From: Camelus ferus | Lineage: Eukaryota | Reading direction: 5' to 3' | DNA length: 64,000 nucleotides | Assembly (NCBI RefSeq): GCF_009834535.1 | Contig: NC_045696.1 | Coordinates: forward strand, 109,060,001 to 109,124,000 | Shown here: positions 39,050-51,629 of the stretch, one piece after another | Position numbering within the stretch: position 1 is the stretch's first letter | Layout of the letters: the number at the start of each line of letters is the position of its first letter | Translations under genes and position numbers: made by a program | The notes under the pieces: model-generated | Databases searched by the model: none | What the model was told of the DNA's origin: nothing | What the model saw: the letters and a program-made list of their open reading frames with translations, nothing else

Positions 39050-42000
39050 CGCCAAATCCCCTTTGTTTTGGCAACTGGGAAAGCAAAACAGTCAGTCAGG
39101 AGAAAATTCATTTTTTTATGTTCTAACTTTTCAACTTACAAACTTAAGAATGTGAATGAATGCATACAAAAAATAATGAGAAAACGCAGCACTTCTTAGG
39201 ATGACTGTAGAAACAGTCAAGGAGCATCTCTTCAAGAAATACTAGAACCAAACACATTTCAGACTAAAAGAAAATAACTTAATATGATCTGAATTGCTGT
39301 CGACAGTCCCCCCGCACAACTGAAATCAAATGCCACACTGTGGCATCCCTACGTCCTCATGTAAGGGTGGGCCCGGGGCGGGATGGGGTGCTAGAAGCAG
39401 AGGGACACCGACACTTACAAAATGAGAGGAAGAAATTAGGGGGTCACACTGGTCAGAGTAAAAGTGTAGTTTTTTTTTTTTAAACAGATATTGTAAAACA
39501 ATTAAATGCCCTGAGCTTGAGCTCTTTGGTCCATCACGGGAGAGCCTATTCACCCTCTGGATGACAGGCCCATGAAGCTCCTAGAACACCCTCCCTCCCC
39601 TGAGAGGCAGCTGTGTGGGCCCTCCCTCTGCACGTCATTGCTCCTGGTCCTTAACAAGTTCTTGCAGAGGAGTTACACCACACTGCAAATGTTTTCTGCA
39701 CATCCTTTTCCCTTACTATTCAACCCTCTAGGTCAGAAAACCAGTTTTGTTCATTCCCGCAGCTCCAGAGCTTAGTGCAGCATTTCTACCTGGTCTGAGC
39801 TGGAGGCTTTTGGCTGAACTTACCTCAATTCCCCTCCCTTTCTACCTCCCCAACTACGCAAACTGGAGAACCAGAGAGAGGAGTCTAGCATAGAAAGAGG
39901 GGACGGGAGATGGAACAGATTCTCATAGAAAGGGAGAGACACACCACAAAGAACGGAAGGTGAGAAGGAGAGAGGAAGGACCACCCTTAAATTCGGAAGT
40001 GCCAATGAGTAGTACCTGCTATAGGTTTCTCACCTCTTACCACAAATCTTCAAATTTCATCAACATCAGACTACTTTTCACTCCTGAGAAACAGCTTTTT
40101 TCCTTAAACCTTCATAAGCTCAACCGTGAATTAGTCTTTAGATAATTCCCAAAGACTGGGTGCAGGTTCCACCCCTTTGTCCTAATGCCTTGTGTTCAAA
40201 TTATACTGCTCTGAGACGAGGACTCCTCCATACAACAAAGAATTCAGTGTCGTACTAACCACTAGATATATACAGATGAAACAGCCCCTTTCAAGGAATT
40301 AATAGCCCAGTATGGGAAAGAAAAAATTAACCAAAATGTTCCCCTAGTGTGATAAATGTAGTGACAGAGGCATACATAGGGTGTCCTGGAGACACAGGAG
40401 AACAAAAAGACTGGGAAATACAATCACAGCATAGTATTTGCATCTATTTCTAAAGTTACTAACAGGAGTATTAAGTATTCACGCACAAATATGGCAGAGG
40501 AAATTTTTTTCCAGTTGATTTATTCTTCATATTACACCAACATTAGATAAAACGAAAACCTAAAGAAAAAGCTTTTCAGGTTCTACTCCACTTTCTTTCA
40601 AAGGATGATACGGTCAATTACAGCCCAGCACAGATTCTGTGTTTTGATCCACTCTAGGGAACTGAGCAGCAGTACACAGTTCCCACAGCACCATGTAGGT
40701 GGGGACCCAGGATAGAGTCATGCTCTGCAACTACCTAGCTGTGTATTCTTGGGCTTTAGTTTTTACCTCTATAAAGTGAGGGGCATGACCTGTATCATCT
40801 CCAAGGTTTCTTCCAGCTTTTTATTGGGATTCTAACAGCCAATTACACGTCTACTGTATCACACCCCTGAAAACCCTACAAGGGTATTTATTAAACATGT
40901 AGGAAAGTGCTATTCCTAAGGACAGTGCTACCAGTTATTCACAACTACCATTACTAAAATTATACTTCTTTAGGTCATGTCATTCTCAAATAATACATTT
41001 AGTAATATATATTAGTAATACAGATTTAGTAACATACAATACATTAGTATATTTTCTGGATGACACTGTTTAGTGATTAGCAATATTTATAATAGAAGTT
41101 AACAGTCACTGAATGCTCAACTGTTCTGTCTTGTTTATACTGTCTAATTCAATCTTCATAACATTCATAAAAGATAGGTAATGCTACTCTGAGGAAACTG
41201 AGACTCGGAAGGTTAAATAACCACTATAGTCCTAGGATTCAAACCTAGGCAGTGTGACCAAGTTCCAGCCAATGTGCAATCGTTACATATTTTACAGTAT
41301 TCCAGATCTTAAAATACATCAGCATAGCTTCTTTTGATTTAATAATGCCTTCTTAGCATAAACAAAACCAAACCAAATTGAAGTCTGGACACAGGAAAAA
41401 ATATAAACTGAAGGATGGCATCACCACCAGACGGCCACTAGATGGAAGCAGCACAGTAGTGAAAACGGTCCACATGGGGGAAAACTGCCATTTCAGAAAT
41501 CAAAATCATGGTCTGAGACTAAGACAAGGACATCTGTTCTTTAAAAAAAAGTAGGGATCCAGGCCGGGGGAGGGGGATGTTAATATATTAACATTCTCTG
41601 TGGAAAATAATCTTACTAATATAAAATATTTTTACGATTAATTTTTTTTAACAATACTTTCACCACCTGCTTGAGCAGCTGACAAAGCATCAGTTCTCAT
41701 CCCTCAGGTAAACAGCAAGGACTCCGATCTTCTGTGGACTTCTCTCATCTGCGTATCTCCTGCTATATCTCTGACTCTTTTCCTAACCAACCTGACCCTC
41801 ATTCAGCTCCATTCACTGTGTCACTTTGCGTTCTTTTTTGGCTATGGCATGTGATTATTATGTAAAGTTTATTCTCTGTCCATAATATTAAGTACAAATT
41901 TAAGTAATTACTGTTTGATAATCTGCTACTCTTTGCCACTAACATAAATGTTAATGTAGTTAAGTGGAAACTATGTAGCCCTATGACTGGTACAGGACAA

Positions 42001-42419
42001 TCTTAGTCATTTCTGCAGTCAGACCAAGACATCAATAAACAGAAGTTATTAATTATAACTCTCCTTTGGAATGAAGCCTGTTTTAAATCAGTGAAATGTG
42101 GAATGGGATGGTTAAAGGAAATAAAGGCTTTTTCACCAAGTCTGGGAAGCAGGGAAAACATACTTTAAACCTTAGAGAAGAGACTCCAAAGAGGGTATCA
42201 GATAATGGGCAAATCTTTGAAATTCATTAACATATTGGAATTGAAATTGGAGGATAACTATGCTCTGTCCCCTACCTGCCTTGATATTACAGTGATTACA
42301 GAAATCTATGGCTGTGTCAGATATACTGTGACTAAACTGTGGCTGCTCCAATAAATAATCAATGTCACTTACCACTGCCCAGGAGTTTTCCCCTTAAGTT
42401 TAAGTAGGAACCTATCAGA

Positions 42420-43260
42420 TAAAATATCAAAGAAATTTTCCAAAATAAAAATGAAATTTTAAAACACTGTCCAAACTATGACTTAAAATCCAGAAAGAAT
42501 AAGGGAGAAGACTGAGAAACCTGAGTAGATAAAAATACACTTTTACATGGGAAGAATGCTGTAAACAAAGTTGAAAGATAAATGACAACATTATCTGGAC
42601 GTTTTGTCATGAGAGCTTAATTATCCAGATATATAAAGAGCTTCTAAAAATTGAGGGGAAAAAAAAGAAATCTATAAAAAAAATGAGCAGAAGATATATG
42701 AACAAAGAGTTCAGAGAAAAAGAAATGCAGATGACCTTAAACATATGAAAAGATGCTCAGCCTTGCTCACAATAAGAGAAATACAAATTTTAAGTACACT
42801 GAGTTACCCCTTCTTCTATATCTGGTTAACGAAAATTTAAAAGTCTGACAATACCCTCTGCTGACAAGGCTACGGGGAAACAGGCATTCACATACTTTGT
42901 AGGCGGGAACGCAAAATGGTACAACTACAGCAGAAATTTTCGCCATAGTTAGCTACTAATACATATGCATTTACCCTGTGATCCAATGATGCCACTTCTA
43001 GGACTCTATCCCAAACATATGTTGGCAAGAATACAAAATCATACATGCAGAAAGATGTACACTGCAGGGCTATTTGCAATAGCAGGAAGCAACACAATTG
43101 CCCATCAACAGGGGACTAGCTGAATATTCATCCACCAATGGAATAATACTATGACACTGTGAAAAGGGGAAACAATTTCTACATACTTCTATGATGGGAT
43201 CTACAGAGTATGTAATACTAGATGAAAAAAGTAAGATATGAAACAGTACATGCAAATAAT
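42420..43260 (+). mobile_element. Ancient L1 (L1M-type) ORF2 end/3' fragment
   Basis: Degenerate L1 motifs: aaacatatgaaaagatgctcagcc, ccacttctaggactctatccc. Confidence 0.7.
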
Positions 43261-43998
43261 ACCTTTTACCTAAAAAAGGAGAAAACTATAGATATACCAT
43301 ATAAATATCAATTACATTCCATGTATAATAGAAATATTAAAATATATTAAATATATATAACTATACACACATATATAATATATAATGCATATATATACTG
43401 CATTTGTTTTTATGGAAGTATAAACTCAAAACTGGTAAATATGATCCTTTAAGGAAGGGAAATAGAGTAGAGAAACCAGGAATGAAAGCTAAACTTGTCT
43501 AAATGTACCTTAACCTACTGGCCAACAGCGGGACAATGTGAGTATCCCCCACCCCAAAAAAACCCAAAAACCCTGCACTAGGTTGAAATAGGTTAAATAT
43601 ATTCAAGTCTATACATTCATGATGATTAAAAAAAAAAGGCAAAACCCTCTACAAACTGTATTAAAACTGAGGTAAAAAGTTCTTCATAAACAATTTCCAG
43701 CTAATAAATACAGAAGAATGATAGAAAATCACCATATTGCAACCCCTAATGCAATAATGGTTATAAGCAATCTAAATCCATGGAAGTATCTCACCATTGA
43801 GAGACTCATGGGGAATTTCATGATAGATGGATTGGCTGACAACACCTGAACCCGCTATGCTGCTCAATCTTAACATCACAGAAAAAGAGGAAAGTCAGAC
43901 ACTACGTGCCTCTCTGAAGTCTTTTCCACCACCTATGAAATCTCACCCCACCCTCACCCTGCAAAGAGTCAAGGCTGAATCTGATCAAGCTTCTAGAT

Positions 43999-44196
43999 CA
44001 GAGATCAACAGAACTTTCTGCAGTTATGGAAATATTTATACATACACCATTCAAAGAATCGTCATTAGGCAGGCACCTGTGACCACTGGACACTTGAAAT
44101 GTGGCCAATTCGATGAAGGAACTGAAAATTTTAGTTTCATTTTAATTCATTTAAATAGCCACAGCTGGCTAATGCCTACTATTTTGGAGAGTAAAA
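43999..44196 (+). mobile_element. MER3-like hAT-Charlie MITE nested in an old L1 3' region
   Basis: Matches the recalled MER3 body (agaactttctgc...cacttgaaatgtggc...atttaaatagccac). 8-bp TSD ttctagat at 43991-43998 and 44197-44204 fits the Charlie NTCTAGAN target. Confidence 0.82.
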
Positions 44197-46036
44197 TTCT
44201 AGATCTTACTACTGGTTTAAAGGAAATAAAGGGAATACATGCACACATTAAAGATAAATCTAGAATGTTAAGAGAAAAAGGGAGGCTATGAAACTGCTAT
44301 ATCAAAAAAGACTGAGAAGGTGTATCAACCCAATGCAACACATTGATCTCTATGGCATTTTGACGCAAACAAGTTAATTCTATGGGATAGCTGGGAAAAT
44401 CTGAACTCAGACTGAATATTGACATTATGGGATTTTTATTAATTTTCATAGGTGTGATGATAGTACTGTGGTTTTGTAAAACTCAAAACACAAACAGTTC
44501 TTGAAGAAAAAAATTAAGGTAACATAAAAACCAAAAATTCAATTTCTGAAACTATGTCAATGTTGGCTTTAATTGAATTTCAGATCACGTTGGCATACAT
44601 TTATAAGCAAGAAGCTCTGATAAAGTGGACTACTCATGCTGTCATCATCTGCCACCACTAGTACATAAGTGAGGACAGGAAGGACCAAGCAAAGGTATTC
44701 TATCTTTTAATGCGACACAAGTGGCATCAGTACAATTAGCATAGACAATCACTACAAATAACTTTTAAAACCTGAAGTTTTAAAACATTCAGTGTGACTG
44801 AATGTTTATAAATATTTAACCCACTTTTAACTTCACTATTTCTTACTATATCTGATGACTGATAATGATACAGTCAAATGGCAAGATGCTCGAGATAAAA
44901 ATCAACCTAAATACAATACTACATTCCAAATAAGAAAATACATACACTTTACTATATCATTAAGCTACAGCTATGATCAGTATAATCTAAATATTTGAAG
45001 GTATCTCAACTTAATGATTCTTACGGTGATTTCCTCTTCACGTATAGAAAATAAAATCAAATGCAAACATGCGGGGACTGTATAACCACAGGGCACTAAC
45101 GCTACAATACTGCTTTATTGAAGAAAGAAAAAAATTTTTTTTCCAAGACTGGCTTAAGGAATCTTCTGCAAGGCTCACGGAAAATACTTTGTGCAAATAA
45201 GTCTACTATAACTATAAATGAAGACTAGTCACTAACAGCAGGCTCATCCTTACTCTTGGATGTTGTAAGGGACATAAGAAAAACATTATAAGCCTAGATT
45301 TACTGCCTTCAAATATCTTCCAGATTAAAGTGTTCTAAAGCCGTCCCCTTTAAACCATCACTCTTATCATTTATTTCCCATCCCTGATCTGTATGGAGCA
45401 ATTCGTGAGTTCTGGGTTCCCCAACTTCAGTCCTTCATGATTTCTGCCCTACTTCCGTGCCTCCTGTACTAACGTTAACGTTTTTAACCAACTCGTGTTT
45501 TAAAACTCGCTAAACTTCCCACCCATAAACGAACCGCTACCACCTGCCGTCAATGACCTAAGTCGCAACAATGCTAGGAAGCTAACCAGATGAGGCAGCC
45601 CAGGCGCGAGGGCTGTGCCGGGGGTCCCTCCCCTGAAGTGGAAGACTGGCCCGCGGCTGACTCCGCTCGGGGAAGATGAGCAGCTCGCCCACCCCGCCGC
45701 CCTCCCGCCGGCCCGGCCTCCAGGGAAGGGCTGACCACCTGGCTGGCCCGGACGGCGCGCCGAGGGAGGTCAGATCGGGCTGCGCGGGTCCGCAGGACAT
45801 CCGCGGCAAGGCCGAGGGGCGGGGCGCCGGGGCGGAGCCGAGGCGGCGGGGGCGGGCCTGGAGGCCAGCGGGCGGCAGAGGAAGCCCGCCCCGGGCCATA
45901 AGGCTGCTCGGCCCGTGGCCCCAACACAGCCAGGACTGCCTCCGGGCCGGGACACGGCCGCCCCTCGCCCGTCCGACGTTCGCACATGCGGTTACAGGGC
46001 TGCCGCGAGCGCGCCCCGGCGGCTTCCCGCCGTTAC

Positions 46037-46110
46037 CTCCGGCCGGGGGCGCGCACGCGCGTCACCGCCAACCTGACGTTCCGCCTCCGTCGTTGGCACG
46101 TTCGTTCCAC
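46037..46110 (-). other. CEP63: Candidate non-coding first exon of CEP63 (TSS approximate)
   Basis: Donor ccggag|gtaacg (GT at 46036-46035) inside the CpG island. Alternative - strand donors at 46179-46178 (gtgagc) and 46645-46644 (gtgagt). Confidence 0.5.
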
Positions 46111-46219
46111 CCCTGCCCCTTCACTTTTAATTGAAGCGTCCTCCCTGACTCCCCCCTCCGCGCCCGCAAATGGGCTCACCCACATCCGGGGATCGGGGAG
46201 AAGGCGTGCGGGTCACGTG

Positions 46220-46271
46220 ACGCTGAGGGTGTGGCCCGGAGAACGCGGGAGCCGTGCTGGGCCGGGTGCTG
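46220..46271 (+). other. ANAPC13: Candidate non-coding first exon of ANAPC13 (TSS approximate)
   Basis: Strong donor gtgctg|gtaagg (GT at 46272-46273) upstream of the exon-2 acceptor at 47573. Confidence 0.6.
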
Positions 46272-47603
46272 GTAAGGTTTTCCCGCACCTCTAGGCTAAG
46301 TCTTGGAGGGGCGCGCGTTCGGGCTTCTGCCGCTCCTCTTTGCCGAGGCCGTCGTTTTCACCTCATCCTCGTAACCACTTCTCTTATCGCACGTCGGGCG
46401 GAATGGAGAGGGACTTGCTCGGCGGTCCTGCGCATCCCCCGCTTCCGCATTTGGTATATCCCGCCTCTGGGCGGAAGCAGCAGCCGTGGGGCGGCCTCCT
46501 ACGTCTGTACGGATGGTGGTGGCCTGCGAGGGCCATTTCTAGAGAGGGAAAAGGCGTTCCAGCTTTGTTCAAGTAACTGCATTAGTTAACGGAACTCAAA
46601 AGCTGAGGTGAATAAAACTGCCCCCGCCCCGGGGAACATACTCACCGCGTGTGTGGGAAGACCACGTGACGGGCAGTGTAAGAAGCTCCCGATTGGGAGC
46701 GTTCACTGCGCCGGGGGAACAGTGGCACCCGCTTAGAGGAGGGGACCGCACTCTCCCTGGCGCTTAGAGAAGGCCTCTTGCTGGAAGCGACGTGGGAGCG
46801 CAGTTACTTAGACTGGTTAGCTGGGGGAAAAGGAGGAAGACAGAGCATTCCAGGCATTGGGACAGTCACATGTGTAAGAAAAGTTTTGTTCAGGAAAGTG
46901 GTTAATGGTTCATTCTGGCGAGTGTGGCAAGTGCTTGGAACAGCGGCCGTGTCCTGGATTGTCTCGATGCTTTCCGCTTTTAAAGCCTTTTAAGAGTGAA
47001 GGCACTTTAGCGCCTAACTCTGGAAATGGGTTGTTGAGCCTATGAGCTGACGCCCAACTTTGAGTTTGGAAGGAAAAGTAGGTGTTAGTGAAGGGGCAAG
47101 GAGACCCTTAACTGCCAAGGCTGGAAAGTATAACAGGGTTAGAGGTGTTTAGAAGAGAAACAGGTGAAAAAAGATTGAGGGCAAATTGGGGAAAGATGTG
47201 CAGAGTCATTGATACAAAATTTACACCTGGCAGTTGGAAACAATAATACCTGAGCAATCATTTACAAAGCCAGCTTGTTGAGTGGAGGTAAGGATAAGAA
47301 GGAACGGTTCAAGGGCAGAATGTGTGCTGAAGCTGGAGTGATCTGAGAAAACTTTACAAAAAGCTGGAATCTGTGTGTGACTGGGAAAGTCAGCTGGGAG
47401 GGACTGTGATCTTACAAATAAACAGTAAGCTGACAGATGAGATGAGTCTTCTGCAGAGTGATATTACGCCAAGAGACACATCCAGGCTAAAAAAGCCTGG
47501 AGAAGCCAAGTGCTTGATTGCATCATCTCCTCATTCATCTTAATGTTTAAGAAGTAATCTCTTTGGCTTACAGATCTGGCAAGATCAGAGCTGCTGCAGG
47601 AGC

Positions 47604-47702
47604 ATGGACAGTGAGGTACAGAGAGATGGAAGGATCTTGGATTTGATTGACGATGCTTGGCGAGAAGACAAGCTGCCTTATGAGGATGTTGCAATACCAC
47701 TG
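47604..47702 (+). CDS. ANAPC13: ANAPC13 (APC13) coding exon: MDSEVQRDGRILDLIDDAWREDKLPYEDVAIPL
   Basis: Acceptor cttacag| (exon starts 47574), ATG at 47604 (agcATGg) and donor |gtaggc. Translation is the recalled APC13 N-terminus. Missed by the ORF track because it is short. Confidence 0.97.
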
Positions 47703-49540
47703 GTAGGCTATGATTTGTGCTAGGGTGGTGGGTTAAAGGTATGATCTGAAAGACCCTAGTAGAGGTAAGACAATGGACAAATAAACTAGTAAGGCAAAGA
47801 AATCAAAACTGGGGAGTCTTCTAATTCTAGAAGCCTCTGGAGAGCATTTAGTTCAACTTTTTATTTGAGGAGAAATGTGGTTCAGAGAGCTGGTGGACCA
47901 GCTCAGTTAGGGATCCTGCCAGAACTGAACCCCAGAGCTTCCGAGCCATGTTCTGTCCATCACACCAAAGCTAGTAAGCCACATAGTGAGAGTTTAATGC
48001 ATATGGTGAGGAGGAACAAGAAGCAGTGGCCTATAAACTTCATTTCTCCTCTGCCTGTCGTTTGTCAGTTGACATTTTTAGAAACTCACGTTTTGGAACA
48101 CACAACTATCCTAGGTTCCCTGGAAAATAATTCGGAAGACAACCGACTTTTCTTCATTTGTACTGAGACCAACAGGCTCTTTTCTTTCCTGATCTGGATA
48201 ATTCTCCTGTTACTGGTCTGTTAACCCTCTTGTAATAAGTGATCTAAATATTTTGCTTGAATAAATGCTTATTGAAAATCGTATTTATGTCATGCAGGCC
48301 TAGCAAGAACAGGGACAATTTTTCTTGAGAGCATGCCAACTGCCATGAAAAGAGCTGTCAATAAAATAGAGCTTGCAGGCAGACTGCTGCTACATTTACT
48401 TACAGAGAAATGACATTCAGCTCACTTCCACTTTCAGTTAAGAATAAGAGATAGTATATTCAATGACTAATATGCATATCAAAGAATAAGTCACAGCTTA
48501 TTCTTAGAAAAATAGTCAAAAGAGAGAGCATAATAATTATAGCTCCACTTATTGAATATCTGTCTCGTGCAATGGATCAAGGTTGAAATCTGACATACAG
48601 TATCTCTAATCCTTAAAACAACCTCCAAGGGAGGGGGGTGATGTTATCCCCCTTGGATAGGAAGGAACTAGAATCAAAGAGGAGAACTTGCCCAAAGGCT
48701 GGTAGCTGATAAGCTGGACCTCACATCTAGCTCTGTAAGGCTCCAGTTCCTGTTCTGTGGAATTCTGTTGGTTCTTTCATTCCACGAGCAGTTCTTTGAA
48801 GCCTACTTTGTCCAGTAAGACTGGATAAACACAAGATACAGTTTCTGCCCCTCGAGGTCTAGAGAGGCAGCGTATATCAATAAATATTTGTAGTAGTAAG
48901 TAGTCTAAGTCAGGTCGTGAGCAGCTACATAGTATGAGAAGTGGCTGCCTGGTGGGCATCAGGAAGCGTTTCAGGAAGAAAATAATGTTTAATCTGCTCA
49001 TAAGGGAGGACCAGAGGTTTAGTGGGCGTAGGTAAGGGCCCTCCAGCAGAGGAGATAGACATGCAAAGGCTCAGAGTTTTGAAAGGCTGTGGGAGACGGT
49101 GAGGCATTCGGTATGGATGGAGAGTACTTATGTAAGGTAGGAAGAAAAGTTGGTCTTGGACCCAATTGTGAGAGGAGCATTGATGCCCTGCTTAACCCTT
49201 ATCCTGAGGACATCCTTTAATGAGTGGTCTTCAAAATCGAAATCTGCCATGCTCAAATACATTAGAAAATCAGTTTAGCAGCATTGTTACAGAATGTGCC
49301 AAGGAAAGACAGGACAGAAGGAGGTGACAGGGCAGTGTCTAGACAAGGGAGGAGGACCTAAACAAAGGCAAGGGAGTGGAGGGGAATTGCTGAATTCTGG
49401 ACATGCGAATAGCAGGATTTGGGGACCGTCTGTGTGGAAGGGGTTGAGAGAGGGAAATTTCCATTTGACTTCCAGGCTGTTGCCTGGTCCTGTTGCTAAT
49501 CCCTGTCTTTCCCCAGGGCTTGTGATTCTAAGGCAACGTG

Positions 49541-50028
49541 TATGTCAGTTAGCTTTTGCTGCTGCCTAACAAATAACCCCCAAATTATAGTTGCTTGAAA
49601 CAACAGCTATTTATGTCATGATTTTGTAGCTCATTGAGAGAGTCTTCTGATCTTCACCAGCTCGGATGATTCCTGCTGGACTTGCTGGTGTTTTGCAGTC
49701 AGCCAGCAGGCTGGGTGATTCAGGACACTTTGACATGTCTGGCAGTTAGCAAGCTGTGAGCGGGGGTGATGAACTGACTGGGCCATAGTCTCATTATCCA
49801 GCAGATTAGCCCAGACTTCACATAGTCATCTTAGGGTTCCAAGGGCAGCATCAGAGGAAACTGCAAGGCTTCATGGAGTCTAGGCTGTGAACTGGCCCAT
49901 GGCATCGCAGCTGCTTCCTGGGAGCCACAGCAAGTCACATGGCCAGTCCAATCCAAGGGTGAAGAAATGAACTGTCTTTTCAGAGGAGCAGCTGCAAAGA
50001 ATTGTGGCCATTTTTGCAGTGCACCATA
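49541..50028. mobile_element. MaLR (MLT1-type) solo LTR
   Basis: Start tatgtcagttagcttttgctgc..taacaaataacccc and end gcagctgcaaagaattgtggccattttt resemble MLT1 LTRs. Confidence 0.7.
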
Positions 50029-50605
50029 GGAGATGGTTGTGTTTGCCATACTTTATGACACTTTGTTTTCTAAGCACATATGCAATTTTATATGTTGGCA
50101 TTCATTGCAGGAGACAGTAGTGACCAAATGAAAGACATTCTATTTTAGAACCAGATAAAATTAAGTAAGTTCTGAATTAAATAATTGATTAACCAAGGAC
50201 TCGTTTATGCTTTGTCAGCTCTAAGTAATTATTGAAACCAAACTCTCTTCAAATGCATTCTTACTTTCGAGTAAATTTGTACAAGTATGTTTGAATCTGA
50301 GTATTACATTTGTAGATCAAGATGTATGTGATTCAGGTATACTTGTACATATTGTGTAAGTAAATAATTTCATATATATTAAACATCATACATTTGAAGG
50401 AAAAAAATTATTATATTCATATTCTGCAAATTGGAGTCCAGTGGGGAATCCTAAGTCTGGATATTGGGTAATAGTTTGCTACGCTAAAAAAAAAAAAAAG
50501 TAAATCCAAATAACTGAAAAGAAATATATTGGTATCAGTGAATTCTAGTACAAAGCAGAGTTTCAGTGATAATAAAGTTAAATTTAAAACATAAGTAAGC
50601 TGGAA

Positions 50606-50643
50606 GCTCCAGTGGCACAATCGGTTAGGGCGCAGTACTTACA
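50606..50643 (+). pseudogene. Retroposed 5' exon (5' half) of tRNA-Ile(TAT)
   Basis: gctccagtggcacaatcggttagggcgcagtacttaca matches the recalled 5' exon GCTCCAGTGGCGCAATCGGTTAGCGCGCGGTACTTATA at 34 of 38 positions. No 3' half follows. Confidence 0.8.
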
Positions 50644-50659
50644 AAATGTAAGGAAACTA

Positions 50660-50839
50660 TGGAAAGATCTCACCACACATACAAAAAAATGGTAACTATG
50701 TGAGGATGGATGTGTTAATTAACCTTAATTCAGTGATCATTTCTCAGTGTATACCTATACATCGTTGTGTAGTACAGCCTTAAACCTACACAGTGTTATA
50801 TGTAAGTTAAATCTCAATAAAGCTGGAAGTATACATGTA
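50660..50839 (+). mobile_element. Short L1 3' end insertion
   Basis: ggtaactatgtgagg...tctcaataaagctggaa terminus. TSD taaggaaacta at 50649-50659 and 50840-50850. Confidence 0.8.
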
Positions 50840-51629
50840 TAAGGAAACTAGCCCAGATTCTGCACTGGGTATGGCCCGCGGCGGACCGTTTTAAGAAAAC
50901 CGCTGATAGGATGTGTTGTTTTGTGTTGCCCGGCTCCACCACTAGGGGGAAGTCTCATCTATTATGTTACATTTTCAGGGCTCCCCATTTAACCTCCATT
51001 ATAGTATAGGCAGGTTGGATACAGGATGGTTTTTAATACATTTCTTGTGCTTAAGTAATGTGCCGGCCAATGTGGTATTCTATAAAGCAGCTTCCCGAGA
51101 AAAGATTTGGGACTGGCTCTTTTCAGTATTCTAGCCACCAGTAAGGATAGCAAATATTCTTTGCACTGAATAACCCCACACAGTGCTGAGCACCCGACTT
51201 CAGGCCCCTCACTTAGTCCTCACAGCAGTCCTGTGAGGTGATGGCCACTTTTCCCTCCCACTGCCCAAGAAGAAACGAAGGCTCCGAGGGTCTGAGTACC
51301 TTGCCCGCATAGCCCAGCACATGGGGAGTCACGGGCTTGGATCCCGGTGGCTTCCAGAACCCCGTGTCCTTAGCCACACTGCCTCCTACACAAGCACCAG
51401 AGTCATACCGCCATCACTCCTGACGAGGTGGATCAGGGCACGTCTGAGCGATACCTTGGATAGCTCCTCACGTTTTTTAATTCTGGCTCTTTCCTTAGGA
51501 TACGATTCTGTTCATTTTGCTGCCTGTTTCTAGGAACTCACAGGTTTTAATTCTAAGTGCTCTTGAGTTTTAAGGGGTTTGTTACTGCCGAGTATGCTGT
51601 CGTTCTAAATGTCCATTGTACCTTTTCAG

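Larger units (their letters stand above)
45590..46810. promoter_or_regulatory. CpG island / bidirectional promoter shared by CEP63 (-) and ANAPC13 (+)
   Basis: Very high GC and CpG density compared with the flanks. GC boxes at ~45816-45860, palindromic E-box GTCACGTGAC at 46212-46221, a second CACGTGAC at 46663-46670, and ETS-type CGGAAG/CTTCCG sites. Lies between the two divergent genes. Confidence 0.92.

Noticed and set aside
43827..44291. 154-aa ORF
   Set aside because: Runs across an old L1 3' region and a MER3 insertion, so it is a chance ORF.
45574..46589. Several 70-150 aa Pro/Arg/Gly/Ala-rich ORFs on both strands
   Set aside because: Expected by-product of stop-poor CpG-island sequence, with no recognisable protein.
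50598..50829. aagctggaag direct repeat as a TSD enclosing tRNA half plus L1
   Set aside because: The right copy is the natural L1 terminus (aataaagctggaa), and taaggaaacta explains the L1 insertion better. A single chimeric event is not fully excluded.
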